From Planctomycetota bacterium (GTDB taxonomy: Bacteria; Planctomycetota; UBA8742; UBA2392): a stretch of 64,000 nucleotides of DNA. The stretch spans positions 2,051,261-2,115,260 of the forward strand of contig JACKID010000001.1 of assembly GCA_020638675.1 (NCBI GenBank). The letters are read 5' to 3'. Of the stretch, positions 46,824-55,150 are shown one piece after another (within the stretch, counting starts at the first letter, position 1; every line of letters starts with the position of its first letter). A program made the translations under genes and the position numbers. The notes under the pieces were generated by a model. It was given only the letters and a program-made list of their open reading frames with translations, searched no databases and was not told the DNA's origin.

Positions 46824-48041
46824 ATGACTCGCTCTCTGATTGTGCTTCTCGTGCTGGCACTCGCGGCACCGCTGTTCGCGAGCGGGCTGGTTGAGAAGGT
46901 CTTCGCGCGCAAGATCGCCGACGACTGGTACAAGCACTTCCAGGACTACGTCGAAGGGCAATGCAAAGCCGGGAAGTACCCGGAGACCTGGTTCGAGGGC
47001 GCGGACGGCACGCTGCAACTGTTCCGGATCCAATCCGTCAGCGACGGCAAACTGATCACCTTTGAACTGGTCGAGGCCGCCGACGCCAAGGGCAACATCA
47101 GCCGCAGCCCCGCCAAGGAATCGACCACATTCGAGTGGTCACAGTGGCAACCGAGATTCATCGCCACCACCTATCCGGTGGCGACGAACCCGGACACGCA
47201 GGACGTGATCGCGTTTGCCGTATGGCTCTATCTCAACGCCGATGACCCGATGATTGCCAATCGCGTGTTGACCGTCGTCTACGAAGCCAATCCGGACATG
47301 CGCGACGACATCACGGACTTCGTCCGCGAGCACCACGCCTGGTCACCCAAGGACAAGCTGGCGGTGGGGGAGATGTGGGACGAAGTCTTCGCCAAGTGGC
47401 GCCGCGTGCTGCTGCCCAAGAAAGAAGCAGAGCAACTGGAGAAGGACCGCAGCAAGGAGTGCAAGGCCGTTTCCACACTGCTGGACGAATACCGCAATGC
47501 GGAAGCCCGCACACTCACGCTCGCGCAGATTGCCTATGGGCTGCGCGAATGGCGCAAGAAGCACGGCGCTTCCGACACTGGCTCAAAGTATCTCAAAGAC
47601 GTAGAAGCCGTGCTGGACTCCATCAGCACCGACCTCAAGAATGTGGAAACACTCGTCGCCCTGGCTGACGGCGGCGCAAAAGCCGCCAAGCCCCAATGGG
47701 ACGCCGTCGCCAAGGACTATGAGAAAGCGCTTGCGCTCGACAATCGCGACGCGCGCCTGCTTTCCCTCACGGCCGACGCATGGCGCAAGCACGCGAACCC
47801 CGAAGTCGTCGGCGGCCAGTTCAAGTGCACACAGGAACACTCGGCCCGCCGCGCGCTTGAGCTGTACGAACGTTGGCACGAAAGCGAGCCGACCAACTAC
47901 AAGGTCGTGCTGAACATGGCCGTCTGCAACCACGTAATCGGACAGCGCAACGACGCGCGCAAGCTGTATCAAAGAGTGATCGACGAGAGCGAAGACGCGG
48001 CGCTGATCAAGCAGGCCCGCGACTACGACAAACTGCCCTGA
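46824..48041 (+). CDS. Secreted hypothetical protein, paralog 3 of the tandem family
   Basis: 405 aa; signal peptide LIVLLVLALAAPLFA; conserved ANRVLTV block and TPR-like C-terminus shared with paralogs 1 and 2. Confidence 0.6.
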   Translation: MTRSLIVLLVLALAAPLFASGLVEKVFARKIADDWYKHFQDYVEGQCKAGKYPETWFEGADGTLQLFRIQSVSDGKLITFELVEAADAKGNISRSPAKESTTFEWSQWQPRFIATTYPVATNPDTQDVIAFAVWLYLNADDPMIANRVLTVVYEANPDMRDDITDFVREHHAWSPKDKLAVGEMWDEVFAKWRRVLLPKKEAEQLEKDRSKECKAVSTLLDEYRNAEARTLTLAQIAYGLREWRKKHGASDTGSKYLKDVEAVLDSISTDLKNVETLVALADGGAKAAKPQWDAVAKDYEKALALDNRDARLLSLTADAWRKHANPEVVGGQFKCTQEHSARRALELYERWHESEPTNYKVVLNMAVCNHVIGQRNDARKLYQRVIDESEDAALIKQARDYDKLP

Positions 48042-48077
48042 CTTGCCCGCGTCGGTCGCCCCCGCTAAACCCGCGTC

Positions 48078-48875
48078 ATGAGCGGCGCAAAGATTGCATC
48101 CATCTCACTGCCTTGCCTTGCGCTGGTGTTCCTGCTGGCAGGTTTCATCGCGAACCCGCCGGCCGAGCCGGAGCCCGAGCCGCTGCCGCCGCAGGAATTT
48201 GATCTCCTGTTGGCGCGCGAGTACGTGGAGGCCCAATGCTGGCAGTGCCACAGTGTCAGCAGCCTGCACGACGAACTTGTCGCCGAGTTCGGCGAGCAGG
48301 CCGCGGGACTGCGTCCATACGGGCCGGACCTGGCAGGCGTTGGCAATCGCTACGCAGCAGACTGGCACGCGGCCCACTTCTGGCAGCCCGGCACGGTCGT
48401 CGCGGGCTCACAGATGCCCGCGCAGCGGCAGTTGTTCGACCAGTCCGGCGCCCTGAACGAACTGGGACAAAACGTCGTGCGCTTTCTGCTGACGCTCAAG
48501 ACCCCGTCGCCGATCAACAAGCCCTGGCCCACGGAGCGCCTGTCCGCTCCAGACGGCGACGCCGCCCGGGGGCGTACGGTGTTCGTTCGCGAATGCGCCG
48601 GCTGCCATGGCGACCAGGGGCACGGCGACGGCCCCGCGGCGCGCTTCTTCAAGACCGTACGCGCACCGGCGAAGCTGGCCGACGGCGAGTTGATCACCCT
48701 GCGCGACGGCGAAGCCCCGCTCGACACCATCTACACGAACATCACCAACGGGCTGCCGGGCACCGGCATGCCCAGCTTTGGCACTCGCCTGAATGAAGCC
48801 GATAGAGCGGATGTCGCGGCCTACGTGCTCAAGATCAGCCAGGGGGCTGGCTCAGTTTCGCCAGGCAAAGACTGA
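48078..48875 (+). CDS. Di-heme c-type cytochrome (CcoP/FixP-like), membrane-anchored
   Basis: 265 aa; N-terminal TM helix; two CxxCH motifs (CWQCH, CAGCH). Confidence 0.7.
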   Translation: MSGAKIASISLPCLALVFLLAGFIANPPAEPEPEPLPPQEFDLLLAREYVEAQCWQCHSVSSLHDELVAEFGEQAAGLRPYGPDLAGVGNRYAADWHAAHFWQPGTVVAGSQMPAQRQLFDQSGALNELGQNVVRFLLTLKTPSPINKPWPTERLSAPDGDAARGRTVFVRECAGCHGDQGHGDGPAARFFKTVRAPAKLADGELITLRDGEAPLDTIYTNITNGLPGTGMPSFGTRLNEADRADVAAYVLKISQGAGSVSPGKD

Positions 48876-48956
48876 CGAGTTTTGCAGAGAGGGGGCACGG
48901 CGAAATTGTGCCTGTCCCCATCACGGGCTAGGATCACGGCAACCGAGGAACCACCG

Positions 48957-49424
48957 ATGGCACTGTTTTCATCAACCTACCCGATTCGTTTCAGCGATGT
49001 GGACCACGCGGGAATCCTGTACTACCCGCGCTTTCTGCACTACTTCCACTGCTGCTTTGAGGACTTCTTCGAGCGAGGGCTGGGCATTCGTTACAGCCAC
49101 CTGCTCGACGTCGAGCGCATCGGCTTTCCCACCGTGCACATGGAGGTCGATTACCTGAAGCCGCTGCGCTTCGGCGACCACGTCGAGATCAGCCTCGGCA
49201 TCCAGAAGATCGGCAAGAAGAGCGTAACCTGGACCTACACCGGCGACACCGCGCGCGACAACAAGAAGGTCCGCGCCGTCGAGGCCAGCCTCGTCACCGT
49301 CTGCCTTGACATGGACTCTTTCACAGGCGTCGAGCTGCCCCAGAAGTACCACGACCTGTTCAAGAAGTGGCTCGTCCCTGACAGCCACCGAACCGGCCTC
49401 TACAAGGCCGTGAAGCCGGAATGA
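48957..49424 (+). CDS. Acyl-CoA thioesterase, hotdog fold (4-hydroxybenzoyl-CoA thioesterase/YbgC-like)
   Basis: 155 aa from the internal Met (MALFSSTYPIRFSDVDHAGILYYPRFLHYF) of ORF 48882..49424; 4HBT-family pattern with the catalytic Asp in SDVD. Confidence 0.75.
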   Translation: MALFSSTYPIRFSDVDHAGILYYPRFLHYFHCCFEDFFERGLGIRYSHLLDVERIGFPTVHMEVDYLKPLRFGDHVEISLGIQKIGKKSVTWTYTGDTARDNKKVRAVEASLVTVCLDMDSFTGVELPQKYHDLFKKWLVPDSHRTGLYKAVKPE

Positions 49425-49521
49425 CGGTTCCGTCTCTGCCGGGCAGTTCAGTCTCCGCCCATTGAGCCGCCTCTCGCGACTCCCGCACTCCAGCCGTCGC
49501 AGACGGCGCCTCACTTGATAG

Positions 49522-50155
49522 CCCCCGGTGGAGCGAAGCGAAACCGGGGGAATTCGTCGCCATCGGAATCCCGAGCCGGCTTGCCGGCGGCTCTCGTGTG
49601 GGCGCGGGCCCTCCCGCCCGATATCATCCGGTCATGGCCCACACGTACACGCGGCAGTTGCTTCATATCGTGTTCAGCACGAAGGACCGCCGTCCGCACC
49701 TTACGCCTGACAGACGCCCGCGCATGCTCGGCTATCTGCGTACGGTTTCCGAGGACCTTGGCGTCACGTTACTCCGATCAAACGGCGTTGAAGATCATGT
49801 ACACCTGCTGATCGACCTGCCGGCGTCGCTCAGCACGGCCGAGTTCATGCAAAAGCTGAAGGCCAATTCATCGCGCTGGTTTCGCAAGCAATTCACCGCT
49901 GTCGATTTTCACTGGCAGCGCGGCTACGGCGCGTTCAGTGTCAGGGAATCGAAGGCCGCCGACGTGTGTGGCTACATCGACCGGCAGGAACAGCATCACA
50001 AGAAGAGTTCGTTTGAAAACGAACTTCGCAAGCTTGTAGCAAGCCACGGGCTGGAGTTTGACGAACGCACCTTCCTTGAGTGATGAGTCGCCGGCAAGCC
50101 GGCTCGGGTCCGTTCTTACCTGCATACCCCCGGTTCCGCTGCGCTTCACCTGGGG
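49522..50155 (+). mobile_element. REP-associated tyrosine transposase (RAYT) unit with flanking inverted repeats
   Basis: Left side: hairpin cccccggtggagcgaagcgaaaccggggg (49522-49550) and cccgagccggcttgccggcggctc (49570-49593). Right side: gagtcgccggcaagccggctcggg (50085-50108), an inverted copy of the left repeat, and cccccggttccgctgcgcttcacctgggg (50127-50155), a near-inverted copy of the left hairpin arm. These enclose the RAYT gene. Confidence 0.7.
49634..50083 (+). CDS. IS200/IS605-family Y1 transposase, REP-associated (RAYT/TnpA-REP)
   Basis: 149 aa from Met13 (MAHTYTRQLLHIVFSTKDRRP); HuH motif DHVHLLI; Y1 catalytic Tyr near the C-terminus (GYGAFSV...Y). Confidence 0.8.
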   Translation: MAHTYTRQLLHIVFSTKDRRPHLTPDRRPRMLGYLRTVSEDLGVTLLRSNGVEDHVHLLIDLPASLSTAEFMQKLKANSSRWFRKQFTAVDFHWQRGYGAFSVRESKAADVCGYIDRQEQHHKKSSFENELRKLVASHGLEFDERTFLE

Positions 50156-50282
50156 CTATCGAGAGAACCGCCGTCTTCGACGGCTGACGGGCCGACCTGC
50201 CGGAGAGCAGCCTGTGCCGAGGCACGGAAACGTTCGACTTGCGTCCGGGGCTCCAGTTCCTTGAATCGATGCGCACGAGGAC

Positions 50283-51860
50283 GTGAACATGAGCGACATT
50301 CCCGAGTTTCCCGATCGCTTCAACATGGCGAGCTACTTCGTTGACTCGAACATTGAGGCCGGGCGAGGCAGCAAGGTTGCGATTCACTACGAGGGCGCTC
50401 GTCTCACGTACCAGCAGGTGTTCGAGAACGTAAACCGCGCGGGCAACGGGCTGAAGGCGCTTGGACTGCAGCCGGAACAGCGCGTCTTGACCGTACTGCA
50501 CGACCGCCCGGAGTTCGTCGACTTCTGGTTCGGCGCGATCAAGGTGGGCGGTGTCGCCACGCAGATCAACCCGCTGCTGCCGACCGAAGACTTCGCGTAC
50601 TACCTGAACTACACCAAGGCGCCGATCGCGGCCGTTGATGAAGAGGCGTTGCCGAGTTTCCTGCCGGCGCTGAAGGAAGCGCGCTACCTGAAGCACGTAA
50701 TCGTCGTCGGCAAGGCGAGCGCTGACGCGCCCGCGGGCATCAAGCTTCACGCATGGAATGAATGGCTTGCCGGCCAGAGCGACAAGCTTGATCCGGCAGA
50801 CACCAGCAAGGACGACCCGAGCGTCTGGCTGTTCACCAGCGGCACGACCGGCCACAGCAAGGGCGCCGTCCACTTCCACTTTCACTTCCCGTACAACACC
50901 GAAGTCTACGCCAAGCGTTTTATAGGCATGCGCGAGAGCGACATCACCGTCAGCGGCCCGCGCCTGTTCTTCGGCTACGCCACGGGCACCAACGTGATGT
51001 TTCCGTTCGCGGTGGGGGCGACGACGGTGCTGTTCCCTGACCGGCCTACGCCCGCGCGCCTGTTTGAGCTTGTGCAGAAACACAAGTGCACGGTGCTGAC
51101 CAACGTGCCGACGCTGATCAACAAAATGCTCGCTGAAGAGGCCCGCCCGGACCTGTCTTCACTGCGCTTCATGTGGAGCGCCGGCGAAGCACTGCCCAAA
51201 GACCTGCACGAAAAGTGGGATGCCGCATTCGGCGTGCCGATCATTGACGGCATCGGCAGCGCAGAGAGCTTTCACATCTATATCAGCAACCGGCCTGACG
51301 ACGTGCGCCCCGGAAGCCTTGGCAAGCTGGTACCGGGCTACACCGCAAAGCTGACCGACGACGACGGCAACGCGGTGCAGCAGGGCGACGTCGGCACGCT
51401 CTGGGTCGGCGGCGACAGCGCTGCGCTCTACTACCACAACGCGTATGCGAAATCGAAAGAACACCTGCGCGGAGGCTGGATCGTAAGCGGCGACAAGTTC
51501 CGCCAGGACGCCGACGGCTACTGGTTCTATGAAGGCCGCGGCGACGACCTGATCAAGAGCGGCGGCATCTACGTCAGCCCGCTGGAAGTCGAGAACTGCC
51601 TGATGCAGCACGAGGCCGTGAAGGAATGCTGCGTAATCGGCAAGAAGGACGAGGCGGGGCTCGAAAAGCCCTTCGCCATCGTCGTGCTGAACGAAGGCGT
51701 TGAAGCCAGCGACGCCACCAGCGACCGGCTGATCGCGCACGCCAAGCAGAAACTCGTACGCTACAAGGCCCCGCACGGCGTGGCCTTCAGCGACAAACCA
51801 CTGCCACGCAACGACCGCGACAAGATCGACCGCAAAGCCCTGCGCAAGGAATACGCCTAG
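50283..51860 (+). CDS. Aryl-CoA ligase, AMP-binding (benzoate-CoA ligase family)
   Basis: 525 aa; AMP-binding motif FTSGTTGHSKG; overall benzoate/4-hydroxybenzoate-CoA ligase-like organisation. Confidence 0.7.
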   Translation: MNMSDIPEFPDRFNMASYFVDSNIEAGRGSKVAIHYEGARLTYQQVFENVNRAGNGLKALGLQPEQRVLTVLHDRPEFVDFWFGAIKVGGVATQINPLLPTEDFAYYLNYTKAPIAAVDEEALPSFLPALKEARYLKHVIVVGKASADAPAGIKLHAWNEWLAGQSDKLDPADTSKDDPSVWLFTSGTTGHSKGAVHFHFHFPYNTEVYAKRFIGMRESDITVSGPRLFFGYATGTNVMFPFAVGATTVLFPDRPTPARLFELVQKHKCTVLTNVPTLINKMLAEEARPDLSSLRFMWSAGEALPKDLHEKWDAAFGVPIIDGIGSAESFHIYISNRPDDVRPGSLGKLVPGYTAKLTDDDGNAVQQGDVGTLWVGGDSAALYYHNAYAKSKEHLRGGWIVSGDKFRQDADGYWFYEGRGDDLIKSGGIYVSPLEVENCLMQHEAVKECCVIGKKDEAGLEKPFAIVVLNEGVEASDATSDRLIAHAKQKLVRYKAPHGVAFSDKPLPRNDRDKIDRKALRKEYA

Positions 51861-52618
51861 TGGAACACACCTTCGGCAACAACACCTGGCCGCAGATCAA
51901 AGCCGCGCTTGAGGCTGACGCGCCCGTCGTGGCGATTCTGCCATGCGGCGCTACCGAAGCTCACGGCCGTCACCTGCCCCTGAACACCGACGTCATTATC
52001 AGCGACGGCATGGCCGCCTACGCGCTGCCCGCGCTAGAGGAAGCCGGTGTAGTCGCGTTCATGCTGCCATCGTTGCCGTACGCACCGGCCGAGTATGCGG
52101 CGGAGTTCGCCGGCACGCTAAGCGTAAGTGCGGAGGCCGCGGCGGGAGTCATCTTCGACATCGCCAGGGGCCTGAAGGCGCAGGGCTTTGCCTGCTTGGC
52201 CCTCGCGAACAGCCACTTTGACCCGGCGAACGTACAGATGCTGCGCGAAGTCACCGGCCGCATTGAAACTGAGCTGCAGCTGCCGGTCGCGTTTCCGGAT
52301 TTCACGCGTCGTAAGCTCGCGCAGACGCTGACCGACGAGTTCAAGTCCGGCGCCTGCCACGCGGGGCAGTACGAAACCAGCCTCGTCATGGCGTCCCGCC
52401 CGGAACTGGTAGACGAGCCCGCAAGGCAAGCCAGCAACGACAACCCGGCCAGCCTGACCGACGCATTCGCCAAGGGTGCCAAGACGTTTGAGGAAGCCGG
52501 CGGCCCGCAGGCCTACTTCGGGTATCCGCGCGCCGCGACACCTGACGAAGGCGTACAAACGTACGAAACCCTTGCTGCAGCGCTGGTTGAGGCGATCCGG
52601 GCCAAGCTGCCCGCCTGA
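51860..52618 (+). CDS. Creatininase-family amidohydrolase
   Basis: 252 aa; creatininase-family metal-site pattern (ILPCGATEAHGRHLPLNTD, ANSHFDPAN, GACHAGQYETS). Start overlaps the stop of the ligase. Confidence 0.7.
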   Translation: MEHTFGNNTWPQIKAALEADAPVVAILPCGATEAHGRHLPLNTDVIISDGMAAYALPALEEAGVVAFMLPSLPYAPAEYAAEFAGTLSVSAEAAAGVIFDIARGLKAQGFACLALANSHFDPANVQMLREVTGRIETELQLPVAFPDFTRRKLAQTLTDEFKSGACHAGQYETSLVMASRPELVDEPARQASNDNPASLTDAFAKGAKTFEEAGGPQAYFGYPRAATPDEGVQTYETLAAALVEAIRAKLPA

Positions 52619-52654
52619 TTCCACAATCCACAACCGGCTTGCGAATCGCCACTT

Positions 52655-52715
52655 TTCTGATTAGACGCACTCATATTAATTGCACCCAGGGATAATTGAA
52701 ACCTAAAGTATTATC
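52655..52715 (+). promoter_or_regulatory. AT-rich putative promoter/operator region upstream of the SDR-RidA-MarR-ECH-ACAD gene series
   Basis: ctcatattaattgcacccagggataattgaaacctaaagtattatc is strikingly AT-rich against a ~65% GC background; contains TTGCAC / TTGAAA and TATTAT-like hexamers. Confidence 0.3.
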
Positions 52716-53483
52716 ATGACACCTACGGTAATCATCACCGGCGCTTCCCGCGGCATCGGCAAAGCTATCGCAACCGACCTGGCCCAGCGCGGCTACAACC
52801 TGATGCTGGTCGCACGCAACGAAGGACGACTTCTTTCAGTCCGGGACGAGTGTGCCAAGATTGGGGCGAAGGCAGCCGTCCTGACAATTGACCTGACCCG
52901 AGACGACGCCGGCGCGGCCGTGCGAGACGCAACGCTTGACACCTTCGGGCCAGCATGGGGTTTGGTGAATAACGCCGGGATGGCCGAAAGCGCGCCGCTG
53001 GCAAAGAGCGACGACGACTTTCTCAGGCAGCACATGGAGCTGAATTTCTACGCGCCCATGCGCATCATGCGCTCGGTCCTACCGCGCATGATCGAGACGA
53101 AGGGTGGGCGCGTCATCAACATGTGCAGCACGGCTGCGCTATCGGGCTACCCGTACATCAGCGCATACGCAGCCAGCAAGCACGCGCTGCTGGGCGCCAC
53201 CCGCGCGCTGGCCAAAGAGTTCGCGCAGAAGGGCGTCACGTTCAACGCAATCTGCCCGGGCTACGTCCGCACAGAGGTCTGGGAAGCCACCATCAAGAAC
53301 ATCGTGGACAAGACCGGGCTCGACGAAGTCCAGGCCGAGGACAAGCTGAAAAAACTTTCGCCGCAGTACCGCATCTTCGAGCCGGCCGAGATCGCGCACA
53401 CGGTCGCGTTCCTGCTCAGCGAGGAATCGCATGGCATCACCGGGCAGGCAATCAGCATCGATGGGGGAGAGATCGAGCATTGA
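52716..53483 (+). CDS. SDR-family oxidoreductase
   Basis: 255 aa; TGASRGIG NAD(P)-binding motif, NNAG, catalytic S-Y-K (YxxxK in SAYAASK). Confidence 0.85.
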   Translation: MTPTVIITGASRGIGKAIATDLAQRGYNLMLVARNEGRLLSVRDECAKIGAKAAVLTIDLTRDDAGAAVRDATLDTFGPAWGLVNNAGMAESAPLAKSDDDFLRQHMELNFYAPMRIMRSVLPRMIETKGGRVINMCSTAALSGYPYISAYAASKHALLGATRALAKEFAQKGVTFNAICPGYVRTEVWEATIKNIVDKTGLDEVQAEDKLKKLSPQYRIFEPAEIAHTVAFLLSEESHGITGQAISIDGGEIEH

Positions 53484-53890
53484 TGACCACACAGGCTGAA
53501 ACCATCAACCCGCCCGGCTGGAAGCGGCCCAAGGGCTACTCCAATGCGATCGTGCTGCCCAAGGGCAGGCCGATGTTCATTGCGGGCATGGTCGGCTGGG
53601 ATGAAAACGAGGAGTTCGTCAGCGACGACTTCACGGCGCAGTTCCGGCAGGCACTGTTGAACATCAGGGCGTGTACCGAAGCCGCGGGCAGCCGCGTCGA
53701 CTGCATCGGGCGCATGACGCTTTACGTGATCGACAAGCGAGACTACACGGCCGACCTGCCCGGCATCGGCGCCGCCTGGCGCGAGGTGATGGGGCGGCAC
53801 TACCCCGCAATGGCTCTGATTGAAGTGAAGTCCTTGCTTGAGCCGGGTGCAAAGCTGGAAATCGAAGCGACAGGAGTGGTGCCGGATTAG
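53483..53890 (+). CDS. RidA-family protein (YjgF/endoribonuclease L-PSP)
   Basis: 135 aa from ATG 53483 (overlaps the SDR stop) inside ORF 53123..53890; RidA pattern (PKGYSNAIVL, FIAGMVGWD, PAMALIEVKSL). Confidence 0.8.
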   Translation: MTTQAETINPPGWKRPKGYSNAIVLPKGRPMFIAGMVGWDENEEFVSDDFTAQFRQALLNIRACTEAAGSRVDCIGRMTLYVIDKRDYTADLPGIGAAWREVMGRHYPAMALIEVKSLLEPGAKLEIEATGVVPD

Positions 53891-53892
53891 CC

Positions 53893-54348
53893 ATGGATAA
53901 CCCGCTGACACAATCTGAGCGCGCCCGCGTCGGTCTCTGGATCCGCCTGGCCCGCTGCTACAACCTTGCGATGCGCGACTTGCGCAGCGGACTGCGCGAA
54001 GAGTGCACCATGCCCCAGTTCGACGTGCTTGCGCAGCTCGAGCGCTCGCCCGAAGGGCTGACTTTCAGTTCGCTTTCGGAGAAGCTGCTGGTCACGGCCG
54101 GCAACTTGACAGGCATCGTCGACCGGCTCGAAAAGCAGGGGCTGGCGTTTCGCGAAACCAACCCGAAGGACCGCAGGCAAACGTTCATCAAGCTGACCGA
54201 CAAAGGTCGCGAGTACTGCGACAAGATCATCCCGCAGCACACGCACGACATCGCCAGGCTGCTGGCAGGGCTGAGCGACAACACGGTCCAGAACCTGCGC
54301 GGCGATCTCGACAAGATGGCCGCGTTGCTCGACGGTCAGCAGGAATGA
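53893..54348 (+). CDS. MarR-family transcriptional regulator
   Basis: 151 aa; winged-HTH MarR pattern (PQFDVLAQL, LSEKLLVTAGNLTGIVDRLEKQGLAFRETNPKDRRQTFIKLTDKG). Confidence 0.8.
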   Translation: MDNPLTQSERARVGLWIRLARCYNLAMRDLRSGLREECTMPQFDVLAQLERSPEGLTFSSLSEKLLVTAGNLTGIVDRLEKQGLAFRETNPKDRRQTFIKLTDKGREYCDKIIPQHTHDIARLLAGLSDNTVQNLRGDLDKMAALLDGQQE

Positions 54349-55148
54349 CGGGAGAAACCATGCAGCCCAAGTCGTTTCTCTACGCGGAATCTGACGGCAT
54401 CGGAACGATCACGCTGAACCGCCCGGAGCGCTACAACGCCCTCACGTTCGAGGTGTACGCCGAGCTTGGGGCGTTCTTCAAGCAGCTTGCGTCGCGCGAC
54501 GAAGTGCGCGTCATCGTCATCACGGGCGCCGGCAAGGCTTTTTGCAGCGGCGGCGACGTTGAGGACATCATCGGCGAGCTGTTCGCGCGCGACATGCGCG
54601 GGCTGCTCGACTTCACGCGCATGACCGTGGACCTGATCCGCGCAATCCGCACCTGCCGCAAACCTGTAATCGGCGCGCTCAACGGAACCACCTGCGGTGC
54701 GGGCGCGGCGATTGCGCTGGCCTGCGATTTCCGCATTGCCAGTACGTACGCGAAGTGCGCCTTTCTCTTCACGAAGGTCGGGCTCAGCGGCGCGGACATG
54801 GGCGCGTGCTTCCTGCTGCCGCGTGTGGTCGGCATGACCAAGGCGACCGAATTGCTGATGCTCGGCGATTTCATCGACGCCGCGGAGTGCCACCGGATCG
54901 GGCTCTACAACGAAGTGGTCGATTCAGATCAGCTGATGCCGCGCGTGAAGGCGCTGGCCGAGCAACTTTGCAGAGCCCCCCAGTTCGGCTTGATGATGAC
55001 CAAGGAGCTGCTCAACAAGGCTATGAGCTTCGACCTGGAAACAGCTCTCGAAGCCGAGGCGGAGGCGCAGGCCATCTGCATGCAGCACCCGGACTTCCGC
55101 GAATCCTATGACGCGTGGACGGAAAAGCGCGACCCGAAGTTCCAGTGA
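54345..55148 (+). CDS. Enoyl-CoA hydratase/isomerase (crotonase) family protein
   Basis: 267 aa from ATG 54345 (overlaps the MarR stop) inside ORF 54003..55148; crotonase oxyanion-hole motifs (ITGAGKAFCSGGDV, ALNGTTCGAGAAIALACDFRIA). Confidence 0.85.
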   Translation: MTGETMQPKSFLYAESDGIGTITLNRPERYNALTFEVYAELGAFFKQLASRDEVRVIVITGAGKAFCSGGDVEDIIGELFARDMRGLLDFTRMTVDLIRAIRTCRKPVIGALNGTTCGAGAAIALACDFRIASTYAKCAFLFTKVGLSGADMGACFLLPRVVGMTKATELLMLGDFIDAAECHRIGLYNEVVDSDQLMPRVKALAEQLCRAPQFGLMMTKELLNKAMSFDLETALEAEAEAQAICMQHPDFRESYDAWTEKRDPKFQ

Positions 55149-55150
55149 CC

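Noticed and set aside
49941-51083. 380-aa minus ORF antisense to the aryl-CoA ligase gene, and 51159-51776 minus
   Set aside because: Shadow ORFs; the ligase on the + strand has the AMP-binding motif and full-length family similarity.
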